A stretch of DNA of 64,000 nt from NCBI RefSeq assembly GCF_009914755.1, contig NC_060934.1. The stretch is one strand, 5' to 3'. Both the position numbers and the translations under genes were made by a program. The number at the start of each line of letters is the position of its first letter. Position 1 is the first letter of the stretch. The stretch comes from the human T2T-CHM13v2.0 reference genome, Homo sapiens. Under the pieces are notes generated by a model that saw nothing but the letters and a program-made list of their open reading frames with translations, was not told where the DNA came from and ran no database searches. Positions 14,117 through 28,455 of this stretch are shown here, piece after piece.

Positions 14117-14348
14117 TAAGTTGAGTATCCCTTATTTGAAATACTTGGAACCAGAAGTGTTTCAGATTTCAGATTTTTTCAGATTTTGGAATAGTTGTAC
14201 TATAGTGGTCAAACATCTCAAATCAGAAAGTCTGAAATTTGAAATGCTCTAATGAGCATTTCCTTTGAGTGTCATGTAAGCACTCAAAAAGTTTCAGATT
14301 TTGAAACATTTCGGATTTAAAAATTTTAGTTTTGGAATGCTCCACCTG
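14117..14348. mobile_element. Tigger4a/MER46A DNA transposon
   Basis: TIR-like gttgagtatcc...gaatgctccacctg with internal tttcagatt repeats. Confidence 0.85.
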
Positions 14349-16324
14349 CATACACACACATATGTGTGTATATATTGCAGAAATGAAGAACAGCATTTCT
14401 CAAGAGAAGAGAGTGAATACAGCAATTTGAAATTTTTGCAATAATTTGAACTAGTGAATTTCATTCTTAACATAATATTTTAGAGAAATAACTGGCATGA
14501 CAGCACTCTTTCAGGGGCTCTTAGTTTTACAGTGATGAAATTGAACTTCAGAACAGTAAGCCTTACCTGAAGTCACACAGCTTATGAAAGGCAGCAGGTA
14601 AAGTAGACCTAGTTTGCTGTCTTTCAAGAAAATGTTAGCTGTGATTGCACACCTGTATTAATCATATGAGAACCACATGTATTTTTTAAATGCTCATGCC
14701 ATGTAAAAATCCAGCCTCACTGTATCGTTAATTGGAATTAAAATGTGGCTATAAACTGTGTTGAATTCTTTTAAAATTATGTGGGAAATGCTTTATAAAC
14801 ACACAGCCTTGGATCTCACATATTTGTTTTCTCAAATGAACATTCCAGCAAATACGGTAAATATCCATACATATTTAAATAATAAAATCTGGTTAGTTTT
14901 AGAGGATGTAGAAGGGACTGGTTTGGAGGGATTGCCCATGTTATTCACAAAACTGTTCATAAAAATGGGAACAATGTCTTATTTTCTCTTCAATACATTT
15001 CCTCAAAGCAAACAGCTGCTTGGAATTCTTTCATTACTGTTCTTTTCTCAGGGATCATGGCAGGCATCCCCAATGATCCAAGGTTTGAACATTTGGAGGG
15101 GAAAACATTTCTTGAGTCTTATATCATTAACATTAGTGATAACTTTGTGCACAACACAGTTCTTTGTAGATATATGTTTTTTAATTCTCACAACTCTTTT
15201 TCAATGTAAGTATTATGATTATTCCAGTTTTACAGGAATTGGTTTACCCAATGTGTCAGCAGGCACATGGGGAAGCTGGTCCCAAGATCCCGAGAGGTTT
15301 GGATTCAGAAGCCTGTGCTCCTTCTCAATCTTATTGTTGCACCCACAGTAGCCCTAGGCACTGGGGGATGGGGTGAAGTGACCTTCCGGGATGCTACCGA
15401 GGGAAAAGCCAAAGGGACTATTCAGGCAGAGAGGGGACCAGGGCAGTCTTTGGCGGTCACGTTCTCAGGCTGATGTGCCTGCTTAGAGTTTTGCAGAAAT
15501 CTCGGGAGCACCTAGGAGCCAGGACGGTAACAGCCAACCACTATCTGGGAGTGCAACTGAAAGTGTGCTCACAAGCTATGCAGATCCATCATACACAGCC
15601 AGCCAGGGACCCCCCAAAACGTCCACCCAGAAAGCAGTGGCTACTGAGGGATGCATGATGACTCCACTGAGCTTCTCCCCGTCCCAGGTGCACCTGGCTT
15701 TGAGCATTGATCAGTCCTCTACTAATGTCTGTTCTTTTACTTCATATTTTCCAAAAGTTAGGGAGAAACTATAACTAGGTCCAGGAGGAACAGGTAAGTA
15801 ATTAAGGCAAAAAGTAACTAGATCATTGAAGAAAAGGTAAATGGGGAGGGGGTAATTGGTGGGAAAATGACACAGCCCAATGCTAATATCAACCATGGAG
15901 GAAAATTACTCTTGAAATAAATTTGAAGAGGAAGGATGCAAAAATATATGGTTCTGGACAAAAAGTGGTGGCACAGATCCTGTATTAGTCCCACTTTCCA
16001 ACTGTCCCTGGGGAATTAATTCGCTGCTTCTGACATTCCATAATCCCGGACCTAAAGAAGTGTTGGAGAAGTGGGTGTGATAATGGGTGGAAAGTGCTCT
16101 GCAAGCACTTTATGTATGTAAAGAATCATAGTAACTCTATTTCTGCTGAGGGTCCCTGAAAGATGATGGCTACCCCCTATCTTCTCTGTCCAGAGGTGAT
16201 ACCACTCAGAAAAATAAACTTTTGTTCAGAAAGCAGGAAACCAGACAGCCCTGGAGGCACATGCTGGTGTCCCTGAAGAGTGAGAATCTGAGTGGCACTA
16301 CGACACCACAGAGCCAAGCGACGC

Positions 16325-16696
16325 TGTCTCAGTCAATTCAAGGCTGTTATCACAGATATCTTAAACCGGGTAATTTATAGGCAACGGACATTTATTTCTC
16401 ACAGTTCTGGAGGTTGAGAAGCCCAAGATGAAGATGCCAGCATGTTTGGTGCCTGGCGAGGACGTGTTCCTCACAGACAATGCTGTCTAGGAGGCCTCGC
16501 GTGGCAAAGGGCAAAAGGGGCCCATGAGGAGTGAGCACGCCATGCGGGTGGAGCCCTGGAGAAAGGGGTTGGTGTTCTTATGAAAGAAGCCCAGGGAGCT
16601 TAAACACAGTGTCCATCCAGTTCCACACTATCTGCAGTTTCAAGCATCCACTGGGGTCTTTGAACGCGTGCCCCTGGGATAAGAGGAGACTATTGC
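16325..16696. mobile_element. MLT1A-like LTR fragment (-) abutting a MER44/Tigger7 terminal fragment (~16620-16696)
   Basis: atttatttctcacagttctggaggttgagaagcccaagat, then gcatccactggggtctttgaacgc..gataagaggagactattg. Confidence 0.7.
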
Positions 16697-19402
16697 AGTA
16701 CATGTATCAACAATTTGTTGAGTACCAGTTAATTGCCTGATGCAGATCTGTTCTAAATGAAGAAACAGAGAAAGAGAAAGGGGAGAAAAGAAAACAAACC
16801 AGTGAAGCCTGACATTTTTCAGAAAGGGAAAGTAACGCCTCCTTCCACTCTGGCTATGCAGGTGGTCACAGGGCTGAGCTGGAGAGAAAGATGAAGGACA
16901 AGTTGCACTGCAGAGGCCAAGCTCAGAAGCTCAAGGCTAAGTTGACCCCATACCCAGGAGTGTCCAGCCCAGTCCTTTGCAGCACCAGAGTGGAAGGAAG
17001 GCCTCCTGATTCCATGCCCAGCCCTGCCCCTGCATCTGGGTGACAGAGCAAAGGGCTTTTACCTAACCCACGGAGTCTCCTCTGTTTCTTCCATGCCCTA
17101 AAAATTCAGACACTGAACTCTTCTTTTGGGGTCTCGCAGCCCTGAAGATTGCATCCTGCCTTTTAGCATGGATGTCTTTCTCCCAGGTGCAGCTGCCCAA
17201 TCCAGAGGTCGCCACCACCGTAATTTACAGCTCAGACCCTGGACATCGGTGCGGTTGAGAAGGCCAAAGATCAGAAGGGGTGACCCATCCATTGGGGCTT
17301 GGATTTGCTCTCTTCTGACTTGCTCAGCTATAAACGCTGCTGTTCTGAATAATAAACTGGGGATAATTACTTTCAAACCCCAGCGTAAGATGATCCCTGA
17401 AGGCCCCAATCACTTGCAGGTGCTGCCTCCTTTCTGTGCTGCGTGTTGTCATTTTCCTCGCTCTGTCTTTGTGGAGACTTTTGCAAGAATCCTGTTCTGT
17501 CCCTTTTGCAATAACCCATAATGCGGGGGCAGCATCTGTCCCATCTGTGTTCTCTCTGAAACCCCAAATAAAGACAGCTCAGTGCTCAGATTCCATGGGA
17601 TCCACCTCATGCTGAGGCTCCTCAGGTTTCCAGGCACACAGCCAAGAAACCACCACCTTCTGTCCCTTTGTCTTGCCCTTGGATTACCTAGAAAACAAGA
17701 AACATCACAACTACCCACTTCCCTGGACAGGCAACAAGAAGGATCAACTGGGCTCTCCTGGGTAAAGGAGCTCTGTGATTTGTGAGGTCTTGTGCTTGTA
17801 CAGGGGTTAGCTGTTGTTATTATTAGCTGAGCGATGTCCATGACTCACAGGATACAATTAGGTTAATTCCTTGCTAAACCCCATGGTCCCCACAGCTGCA
17901 GTGAAACAGTTAGAGAAACAGGCTACAGAGAGGCCAGAGTGGCCATGGAGCTGCATGGTCAGCATTGCATCTGCGTGAGTTCCCAGCAGATATGCAGTTC
18001 ACCTGCACCAGGCTAGCTTAGGAAGCTCCATAATGTAGGCGTGTGCATTTGCAAACTCTTCGCTTGGGGTTTTCCATTTAAGTTCTGGTCTAGAATGGAG
18101 CAGAAACATCAAGTGTATTACTGGTGTTAGTGAGAGGGCTGGTCCGAGGACATAATCTAATCTCCCATGCCTCAGTTTCCCTGTCTATAATGCAACAAGA
18201 GAGCAGGCCTCATTGGGTTGTGAGATATTTATTGGAATACATGGAGAGCCCTCTTGCCTGGCACAGGATAAATGTTAGCTATTATTAAAATGATGCATGC
18301 ACAGAACTTAAATTTAGACCTGTCCGGGGCAGTCTCCAGTTACAGACAGAGAGCCTTCAGTTCTCATGTTCCTAAAATGAGTGCAACCGCCTTCACATCA
18401 CAGATGGGCACAGAGCTGGTGATCACAATCAGTTAGGAAATTCTGGAGACGTGTCTCATGGGGACTGTGCCCCAGCCACTATATCAGCACAGAGAAGTTG
18501 GAGACTCCCATCCCTAGCAAGCCCCAGGCTAGTGAGGGGTTTCAATGATGCAAAATGTAGGACAGGAGTAAGACAGGTTGGGGCAGACATCAGCAGGCTC
18601 CATGTCCTGGGGCAAGTCCGGCAGCCTGGGGCAGATTTGCAACCTGAAGCTCCACCCACAGACCTATGATGCTGTGTGACCCACCCAGGCTGTGAGTCTT
18701 ATCTGGGCTTCACTTCCTCCTCCGCCTTGATTTCCACCTTTGTTCTTGAGAGGACGAGAGCATTCCAAGAAGGGCTTTGTGAGCTGCCGTGGCTAAAACC
18801 CAGCGGGTGTGGTCATCCTAGTGATGGGTTGGAGGTGGTTCCTGCTCTCCCATCTTTGGAAAGGATGAGAGGTGTTCATAGCAAAACCTACATCATATAA
18901 CCAAACCCAAGGCAGAGGACAATGGATGGGGAGAGCTCTGTGCACAGAGGAAGAGACACCAGTCCAGTCAAACCTCGGTGGAAGAATCTGGAATGGTTTT
19001 CTGCATTACATCTGGGCCTTTATCATGGGTCTGATATAAAAAACTTTGAGTTAAAGTGGGAAGGGTGAGAGGCATTCCAGCAAGGGGCATGAAGACAAGA
19101 AGGACCAGAAACCACCCAGGGAACATGTGTTAGTTTCTTTGCACATATGAGCACCTAATATATGCTAGGTGTTGGGGTAGAAAGGTGAGTGGGAAGTGGC
19201 CCCTACACTCCAGAGTTCTTACTGCATCAGCAGAGAATCTCAGAGGAACCAGTGAGTTGAAGGGTATGGTGGAGACACAGAGGGAGGCCCAGACGGGGGT
19301 CTGGACCCAGCCCGGGGCTGCAGGGACAGTGCTGAGGTCAGCTGCCCCTTGTAGTTAGGACCCTTCAAAGCAGATCAATTAGTCCCCCTACCCTGGACTT
19401 CC

Positions 19403-19761
19403 TATTACAGGCTGAATTATGTCCCCTGAAAAAATTCCAGTGTTAAAGCCCTAACCCCCAATACCTCAGCATAGGACTGTATTTGAAGACAGGGTCTTTA
19501 AAGAGGTAATTGTGTTAAAATAAGATCATTAAGGTGAGAACTAATTTAATATCACTGGTGTTCTTATAAGATTAGGACATAGGCATCCACAGAGGGAAGA
19601 CCACGTGAAGACACAGGGAGAAGACAGCATCTGCTCAGGGGAAACCCTGCTGACACCCTGATCTTGGACCTCCCACCTTCAGAACTATGAGAAAATAAAT
19701 CCTGTGGTGTAAGCCCCCAGTATGTGATACTTAGCTATGGCAGCCCAAGCAGACTAAAACG
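19403..19761 (+). mobile_element. MLT1A/B MaLR solo LTR
   Basis: ggctgaattatgtcccc...gactgtatttgaagacagggtctttaaagaggtaatt...ctatggcagcccaagcagactaaaac. Confidence 0.85.
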
Positions 19762-22599
19762 CTTGGTAAGAGCTACCCCTGAAACAAGAGGGTATGGGCA
19801 GACATTCACTCGGGGGCTCAGCATGAGCAAAAACATAGAGATAGGGTGTGGCTTAGTAAAATACCAACATAGGCGGTTAGGCTGGAGACATAGACAGGAC
19901 CCTGATACTAAAGACTGTATGTGCCAGAGCGGGGAGCTTGGAAATTGTCCTGGAGGACGACGGGCTGCTGGAATGTTTGGTGAGGTGTGAGATGTGGCCA
20001 GGTTTGAATTTAGCCAATGACTCTGCTGGGTGAATTGGGGGCCCAGTGTACTCAGGACCCTGCCTTGGAGAGGACCAGCTGCACAGAATGGCCCCTTTCA
20101 CCTTTGTCCTTCCTGGCGTGTGTCTTAGGCAAGTTCCTCTGGCCTATGGCTCTTTTTCCCCAGAGGCAAATTAAAACCCTAAGGTGTGACCTTCACTGTC
20201 CTCCCACCTTGGTAGGGGGTGTCCTCCCTCAGAGCTCATGGTGCAGGATGTGATCACTGGACCCCAGCAGTTAAGCTTTCTGTTAGACATGGCTTTCTGT
20301 TCCTCCTCATACAGGAGCAAGAGGGGAAGGTGTGACAGTTTCAGCCTCACTAAGGTGTGCCCAGCTAGACCTCCCGACTGCCTCCACTCTGGGAACCCCC
20401 ACTTTACTCCTGGTGGTGAGAAGCTACAGTAGTGAGCACATGCATGCTCAGTGGAACTGTAGCTGATATATCTCACAGGTACAGGCCCGGGACAACTAAC
20501 ACAATCACAGATGCAAAGCAGAGAAGGAAAGGGGAATGAAGGCGCTCTGAGCCATGACGCTCAGAGCCCAGCCCGGAAGCTGAGAAATGCAGAGGACATT
20601 TGTGAATGCGGAAAATCTTCTGACCCTCAATCTTGGCTGGGAAAAGAAAAAATTGTTGAAACAGGTGGGGAAAGTGGTAGCTTTGAGGGGAAGGTTCAGA
20701 CAGAGAAAATACAGCAAGATGTTACCTAAAACATTCAAGGGCCAGACCCTTCCAGGTGGCCCCAAATTCCACATCCGGGATTCTAGAGAATGACCCCTCT
20801 TCCTTCACCTCTGTGGCCTCTGCTGGGACCTTGGTAAGTGCACTGAGTTATAGATTCAAGTTGAAGGGCAGGCGACCATCAGAGACAAAGCTAATCCCTG
20901 TGCCGTTAAGATCAGGGCTCAGCCACGTGTGCTCATAAGTGGCTGAAAATCCACTTGGAAGGGCTTGTCTGGGCCTCCACAAGTCCCTCAAGACCAGTGG
21001 ACCACACACTGATCAGTGAATAGATCTTTAAAAAATGTATTTATTAAAGTCTCCAGTGATTTATATTGGATGAACTGGCAGAGCCTAAGAGGCCTATAGG
21101 AGCTGGGGGCTCGAGGCTCTGTGGCCTCCATGGTTTCCTGCTCCCTCTGTCCCTCCCGCTCTGAGTCAGCCTCCAGACAGGCCTCTGTTGCTGAATTTTC
21201 CTCCATCAGAAAAGTCCTCTATGCTCTGGTACCTCCATGATCCCCACAGCAGCACAAATGAAATACTCCTTAAATATCCATGACCATCATCACATTCAGT
21301 AAGAACTGCCACATACTCTAGAGAGTCAAAAGAAGCAAGTTGTTGACAAATCTGTATATTTGGTGTGTTCACTGAATTAGTCGTTTGGCAAATTGATCGC
21401 TTACTTAATTGGCTTTCACTGAATTGGAAGAGCATCTGGGAGCAGCACAGAAGCAGAGACAGGGAAATGTGCAACACTACAGTGTGGAATTGGGCCTAGA
21501 GACCAGAGAGAGTGGGAAACTTTGGGAGTGAACGGGCCAAGGGGAGGACATGGGATTGAGGGAGGGGAAGTGAGAAGCAGGAATCCTGGCACTTCCTGAG
21601 GGTGCACAGCCTGTACCATCCTCCAAATGCCTCCACATCTCTTTTCTCATTTCATCCTCACACAATTGTGTGACACAAGACAAGTCTTTCAATCCCATTT
21701 GCAAGTGAATTAAGAGCCCTAGAGATGTAATTTTCTAAGATTATAAAGTTAATGTTTTATAAAATTTAGAGCTCAAACCCAATTTATGAGGTTCTAAGAC
21801 CCATGTTCTTGTCCATCTCACAGGTAAACTGGCAATGAAGGAGAGAGAGACCCAGAGGAGTGGCCATGATAATTCACCACTATGTTTCCAGAGCATTGCA
21901 CATAGTGGGTGCACAGCAAATATAGCTTGGATGAATGAATGAGTGAGTAATAATGATAATGATCATGAGGGTGATAATAAAATTGGTTAATAAGTATTGA
22001 GTGTGAAGAATTATCTCATTTAATTTTCAACCATATGTGGTAGATCATATTTTTAAACCCATTTTGCAAAGGTGGTTTAGAAAATTCAGTGGTCCTTGAG
22101 TCTAGCCAAAAGGCCTTGCAATGAAGCATGAAGGGCTGAAAGAAAATGCTTGACCAAGCAATGCTTTCCCGGAGGCAAAATGCAGAGAGTTGCTTGATTG
22201 TGTAATAGGAAACTGAGCCTGTAACCCAACCCCTGCGTCCTGAGTTTATACCTAGATTCCTGGGCCATGTGGTTCAAATATTTAGAGAAATTCTAAGTAG
22301 CTGGCTGTACCTGTGAGGTCCACATGGGACGCTGTGAGGGAGAACTTGCTCTCCTCACCATCACCAAGTCCCAAGGCTGCAGGGCCCCAGTGCTGGGCCC
22401 TTCCTTCCTGCCTTCCTCCTCTCTTCCTGTGCTAGTTCAGCCCTGCATTACCCTTCCTTGGGGCAAAGGTTTGCTCTCTTACTTCAGTCTGCCCAGCACA
22501 CCCCAGCCAGGGTGATCTGCTGAAGAGCAACTCAGATTATTGCACTCTCTCGCTCAAAACTGCTGGGTCCCCACCTCTCCTGCCCCCCATACCTAGGAG

Positions 22600-22748
22600 C
22601 AGATGGTCTCAAACTAAAGGCTGTATCAGAATCCCCTAGAGCACTTGTTAAAACATAGGTCTAGGGTGGGGCTAAGAATGTGCATTTCTTGCAAGTTCCC
22701 AGGTGATGCTGATGCTGCCGGTCCAGGGACCACTTGGAGAAGCATAGC
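22600..22748. mobile_element. MER5A (hAT-Charlie), internally deleted
   Basis: atcagaatcccctagagcacttgttaaaaca...caagttcccaggtgatgctgatgctgccggtcc. Confidence 0.8.
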
Positions 22749-23327
22749 TTTAAATGAAAGCAAAAGGCCTCGACCTGGCATTTAAGCACTTTTATACCAG
22801 GTGCCAGTCCACATCTCCTTCATTTTCTTCTTTTGTGAATCACTGTATGCACACTGGGCTGTTATTAGGGTTACCAGGTATGTTCCTGCCTCCACATGTG
22901 CAGTGTCTCTGCCTAAAATACCTGCTCCCCGTCCACCCTGCCACATTTTCCTGTCCCCCTCCAGCTTCTCTGCGCATCCTTATCTTACCCACTCTGCCAA
23001 GTCCACCTGCCATGGGAAGCCTTTTCTGACCTCTGTTAGTGGTACAAGCCCATTCCTTGCCTGCTCTTGGAATAGTTTATTAGTTCTTTCTCGTGCCTTT
23101 CAATCTCAAATTCTGTTCCTATGTATCTATGTAGTATATGCCCTGCTAAAATATTGGCTACAGAGACGCAGGGTGGCAGGGTGGTTGTATGCACAGGCTT
23201 CGGACCCTGGCTGAGCTGTTTTCATGTCTCACTTCTGCTGCTTGCTAGCTGTGTGCACCATCACGGTCAACTCAGGCTCCCAGGTTTTGGTTTCCTCATC
23301 TATATAGTGAGAGAAATTCATGCTGCC

Positions 23328-24393
23328 TGTGATGGTTTTAAGACACATCTGCAAATTCTTTGATACTCCTTCCCCCAAATGAGGGCTGGCCTTTGAGACT
23401 CACTGGTAAAAAATGGAATGCCGTGGAAGTGACACTCTGTGTTTCTGAGGTGAAGTCATAAGAGGCTACACAGCTTCTGCTAGACCCTCTTGGGATGTTC
23501 TTGCTTGGAGCCAAGCAGCCACCTGGAGACCCCACACAGCCTTTCCAGCTGACAGTCCCAGCTGAGGTCCCAGCAGATGGCACATCCACAGTGAGTGGGT
23601 GAGCCTGGAGAGAACTTCTGCCCTCATTGCCCTCTGACCACAGCTGAGGGAGAGCCCAGACGAGCCTATTCTACCCCAGGACCACGAGGGTACATGATGA
23701 AATGACTGTTAGAGTGATTTGTTCTACAATAGATTCCTGAGACACTACTCTACATGCTTATTTCAAAGGTTAAATGAGACCATGAAAGAATTTATTGTAC
23801 TACCTGGTGCACTGGGAGTAGAGGGAGGACCTTGTCGCCCATGTGTTCAGCCGCCCAACAACCTAATCCACAAAATGTTAGGTTTTGCCTCTACACCCTC
23901 TTCCAAGTTGCCTACTGTGTCATCCAGATATTCAGATCCCATGGCCTGTGCCACAGGTTTCTCCCAAAGCTCAGAGGCAGTAGTTCACCTTGATGACTTG
24001 GTCCTAAGGAGATGTAGGTGCAAATGGGCTCCTCCTAAGAGGATGTGTTCAGAGGCTGTGCAATGGTGCTGGGGCTCTTAGCACAGGTGTGCTCTTCCTC
24101 TCTGCTCTTCACCCAGCTCCCTAGACAATTACTGGGAACCCTTGCCCTCTGTATGGTCCTGGCTGTCAAAGGGCCACTGCAGTTTCATGGTGTGGAGGCT
24201 GAAAACAATGGTTCCACATTCCTTGACATTCCTCCCCTGGAGAGGTAGGCTATGTCCCCTCCCCCCGAATCTGGGCTCCACCAAAGAGCCTAGGGACGTG
24301 ACCTGGACACTTCAGCCTTCATCTCCTCTAATAATCTCTCTTGAGACTCTCTCCTGGGCCCCTATCGATTACTGTTTCTTAAACTGAACTAAT

Positions 24394-24442
<49 letters not shown>

Positions 24443-25150
24443 AGAGAGATCTACCTTAAGGAATCCACTCCCACAATTGTGGATACCAGCAAGTACAACA
24501 TCTGCAAAACAGGCTGTCAGGCTGCAGATCTAGGAAACAGCTGGTGCTGCAACTTGAACCCAAACACAGTCGGGAGGCAGAATTCCCTCTTCCTCAGGGT
24601 ACCTCAGTCTTTTTGCTATATGACCTTCAACTGACTGGGCGAGGCCCCCCACGTGATAAAGCATGATTGACTTTACTCTGAGTATACTGATTTAAATGCT
24701 CATATCATCTAAAAATGCCATCACAGTGACAGCTAGGCTGGTGTTTGACCAAATATCTGCTATGGCCTACCCAAGGTGACACATAAAATATTCCATCACA
24801 GGCCCTCTCTTTTAGAATCCAGCGACCATGCTATGAGCCGCCTAACCAGGCAAAAAGGTGAGGAGGAGGAACTGTGGTCAGCACTCCAACAGGACCCAGC
24901 CTCCCAGCTGTCAAGCCCAGGCATTGAGTGACAGCACCTGCAGAAGGCCCTGCTCAGCCCCAGCCCTCAGCATCACGCCTGACCACTCAAGTCTTTCCAG
25001 CTGAGGCCTTAGAGACTGAGGAGGGGAGGCCACCCCCTTTCATCCTGTTCAGACTCATGACCCACTGAATTCACAAGCACAATGAAATGGGGGTGGGTTT
25101 ATGGCACTACATGTTGGGATGGTTCAATACACAGTAATACATAACTGGAA
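23328..25150. mobile_element. Cluster of old MLT1 LTR fragments with an MLT2 (ERVL) LTR at ~24365-24800 (-)
   Basis: MLT2-type end ggtgacacataaaatattccatcaca; MLT1-type ggaagtgacactctgtgtttctgagg and cagtaatacataactggaata. Confidence 0.65.
24397..24440. repeat. (GT)22 microsatellite within MLT2
   Basis: Direct reading. Confidence 0.97.
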
Positions 25151-26339
25151 TACTAAATCTTTAGCAGAAAAATTCTCATGTAGCCCTCATATGTAGTCAA
25201 AGGAGAATTTTACAGGCATGGCTAAAAGCCACAGCTCCCCAAACAGTCCTCATTAAACCAAATTATATGACCTCTCGCTTCTTCCCATCTCATCTTTCTT
25301 TGTTTTTCTTTCCCAGAAATGAAGCCTTCTCTGAACCAGTCCCAAGAAGTCTCAACTTTAAAGCATTAACTCCCCCAATGAACTTGCTTTCATTTCATCT
25401 TCTCGTATGTCATTGCATTCTCAACAAACCAGATCTATAGGATGGATCAGTCGAAGCTTACAAAGAAATCTAATTAGGTATGGAATATGAACTTTTTATT
25501 TGATAAATAACTTAGCTGGAGATACATTGAGAGTTACTCTATTAGAATAAAAGAAAGAAACGTCATAATTGCTGGAGTTCATGAGTGATTCTCTCTGTCC
25601 ATGGGGCTGTCTTGTGAATGTTATGGGTTAGCCCTGGGATGGCCTGCAGCCAGCTGCCATGGAGGGCACTGAGAACCCACACACAAATAGTGAAGTTGCT
25701 TTGCAGGGAAACACATTTGTTGAGGAAGGAGAGGGAGAAACAGAGCTGTTTGTTTCCTACTCTGCACTGCCCAGACTGGTATAAAAGAGGAAGGCTCACT
25801 TTTGTTGAGGGGAGGGAGGATAGGGCAGGAAAACCTGGCTTTCTCGCCACATCCTGAATGCAGAAGAACTCGTGGTTCACCTGCGTCCTTCTCTGGGAAC
25901 GAATATTTGGGAAATGAGAACCTTGGCACACCTCTAACATGTAGAAACATCCACGGACTGAAAGGCGGGACACAGCAGGCAAAGGCAGGCTTGGTTTCCA
26001 CATGGGGCATAAGCCAGTCTTGGTCCAGCTAAGACAGGAAGGGATGATGATCAGGTGGGTAAATGAAGGGGGATCCTGATTCCACCTCTCTCCTGGGGAG
26101 ATCTCAGAGCCCCGTGTTCTCAGTCCAAACTCAATTCTATAAGAAAGCTGAAAAATCTGAACGGCACAGAAGAAAGCCATGGCAATGGTGAAATTCAGAC
26201 AGGTCTTAAGGGAATGAAGGGACAGAAAGCAGTGAGTCCGAGGCACAACCTGTCTGCCAGGTCTCTCATCTCCTGCTGATGGGGGGAGGAAGCCTGGCTG
26301 CTGAAAAGGCACTTGGGACATTCGCCAACTTGAGCCTCC

Positions 26340-26486
26340 TTTTTTTTCTTTTTCTTTTTCTTTTTTTTTGAGACAGAGTCTTGCTCTATCGCCCAGGCTG
26401 GAGTGCAGAGGCATGATCTTGGCTCACTGCAACCTCCGCCTCCCGGGTTCAGGCAATTCTCCTGCCTCAGCCTCCTGAGTAGCTGG
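26340..26486 (-). mobile_element. 5'-truncated Alu (part of right arm plus polyA)
   Basis: T-tract then gagacagagtcttgctct...cctcagcctcctgagtagctgg. Confidence 0.92.
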
Positions 26487-28455
26487 AGGCTTTTGAGCAC
26501 ACAAAGCTGGGAGGAGATCCTAGGTGACAGAACTAAGATCCAAAATTTACTTGACCAACCTAGAGAAATGGACAAAATTTTACAAAATGAAAGTCCAAAG
26601 AGGAAATCTTTGGGCTTGAATGTGCCTCCCAAGCCCTACTGCAGAGGAAGACAGGTAAGCATTTGAAAGCTTACAAAGCAACTAGATCACCAGGAAGTTT
26701 CCTGGGGCCTGAAAATCAGCTGCAGTTCTTCGAATGCATAGGCAGTTCTCTCTACTACTCAGGGCATAAGCCCTTCCAACCCCTGGTTCCAAGGACTACA
26801 GCTCTGAAAGGGTAGAATCCCCCAGTGTCTGGGGATAGGGCAGCCCCACAGGGCAGTTAAGTGCTCTTTCACTTCCTGGAGGGCAGACAGGGCTGAGGAG
26901 GGCGCCAAGCACCTGTGGATCCGGATCTGGGAACCATGCTGCCCAAAAGAACCTACTCTTTTTTCCCAGTTACTAGCACAGCTTCCCAGCATAACTTTCC
27001 CTGCATTTAACTTGTGTACTTTCTTCCAGGGTAGGGCTTGGAAACATCAGGCTAGCACAGATTCCTCTGAATTTTCTGCACTTGTTAAGTTGCCCCTGGA
27101 AACTCTTTTGGGGAAAAATCTTGAGACTATTTTGGCTGGGAGAACAGAAAGAAGGGATTCTCAGTGGTTAAAAAACAGACAAACAAACAAAAAAACCCCA
27201 CATACCCTGCACTTTTAAAAATTAATCAATGTGTTTTTACAGTCAGGTCCGTACCAACCACCTGCTCTGCCTCAAGGGTGTCTTTTTAACGTAGGGTCAC
27301 TTGGAACCTGGCAGAACACAGGCGTGCTTTCGAATTTCAATAAACTGGGGAAAGAGAGAACTTGGGATTTCAGGGGCTTAAAAAGAAATAGAAGAAACTT
27401 GCCTGCTAACTCTTAATTCGTATACTGAATATTTATTTTTAACTCATGATTATTTTTAATGACCTGGAGTAATGAATTTGGTGTTTTAAAACACCAAATT
27501 GCTCAGCTGGGAAGAGGGTTACTGTGTGTCATGAAAGAGTGATCCATTATTTCTGCCCTGGGGTTCTTATGAAGAGGTTTGGACATTCTGATCTCCTTGG
27601 CCACAGGCTGGCGAGATGGAGATCTCCTTCCTAGAGATGTTGAGGCAGATGGCCTCTCTTTAAGGAAGATTCATGAGGGCTCTGAGGAAGAACTTCCCTT
27701 CTGGTCACTCATTGAATGCTGCCGAGAATGCAGGGGTGGCTGGGAGGCCCCCTGCAGGTGAGGGCATGAGAGGCCATTTCTCCCTGCTCCAGAGCCTGGG
27801 AGAGGCGATGGTGCCATCACGACACACCTCAGGAGGCCATGGTCAGCACAGGAGCGCTACTACAGGGCCCACGGTAAGGTTATGCAGACATATTTTCACA
27901 AGGAGGTTCCAGGTATTGCATGACCTTAGCCCTCCACAAGAGGTGGGAGTTGAACATGGGGAGAAATGACCCTCCTTTAAGCAAGGGGAGGAGAAAAGCC
28001 AGCATGAGGGAAGAGCCCCAAGTTGCCAAGTCGGACGCTAATGGAGAGATCCACCTGGAAAGAGGCTGGGAAGAGACAGAAAGTTCTGGAATGTCAGATT
28101 GAAGGACCTATTATTATTTCTCTGTACACTTTGGGGAGCAATTAAAAATGTTTGAATGAGAAGCTCTTATTTTTTTACATGATGGTCGTCGGGTGCAGCC
28201 ACAGAAGGAGACACAGGAGAGGCTTGGGAAGAGTCTATTACACTCATGGGTCCTAGAGCCAGGAGGGTGCTGTGCTGGGCAAATGTGGGAAGGACACCAG
28301 GGCAGTCAGGAGCAGAAGGCAGGGACAGGGGAAGGCTGGGCTAAGACCTCTACTCGGGTTTCTGTGGGAAAGGCAAGGCAGAGCAGGGCGAGGAGTGTCA
28401 GAGTCACTGTGATGGGCTTTGGACGTAGATGGTGCCTAGTTGTCTGGTGCCTGGC

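Noticed and set aside
14758-15351. 197-aa hydrophobic ORF (+)
   Set aside because: Non-ATG start and no recognisable homology.
25563-26414. Longest ORF in the window (283 aa, -)
   Set aside because: Starts in an Alu, no recognisable domain; consistent with a chance ORF.
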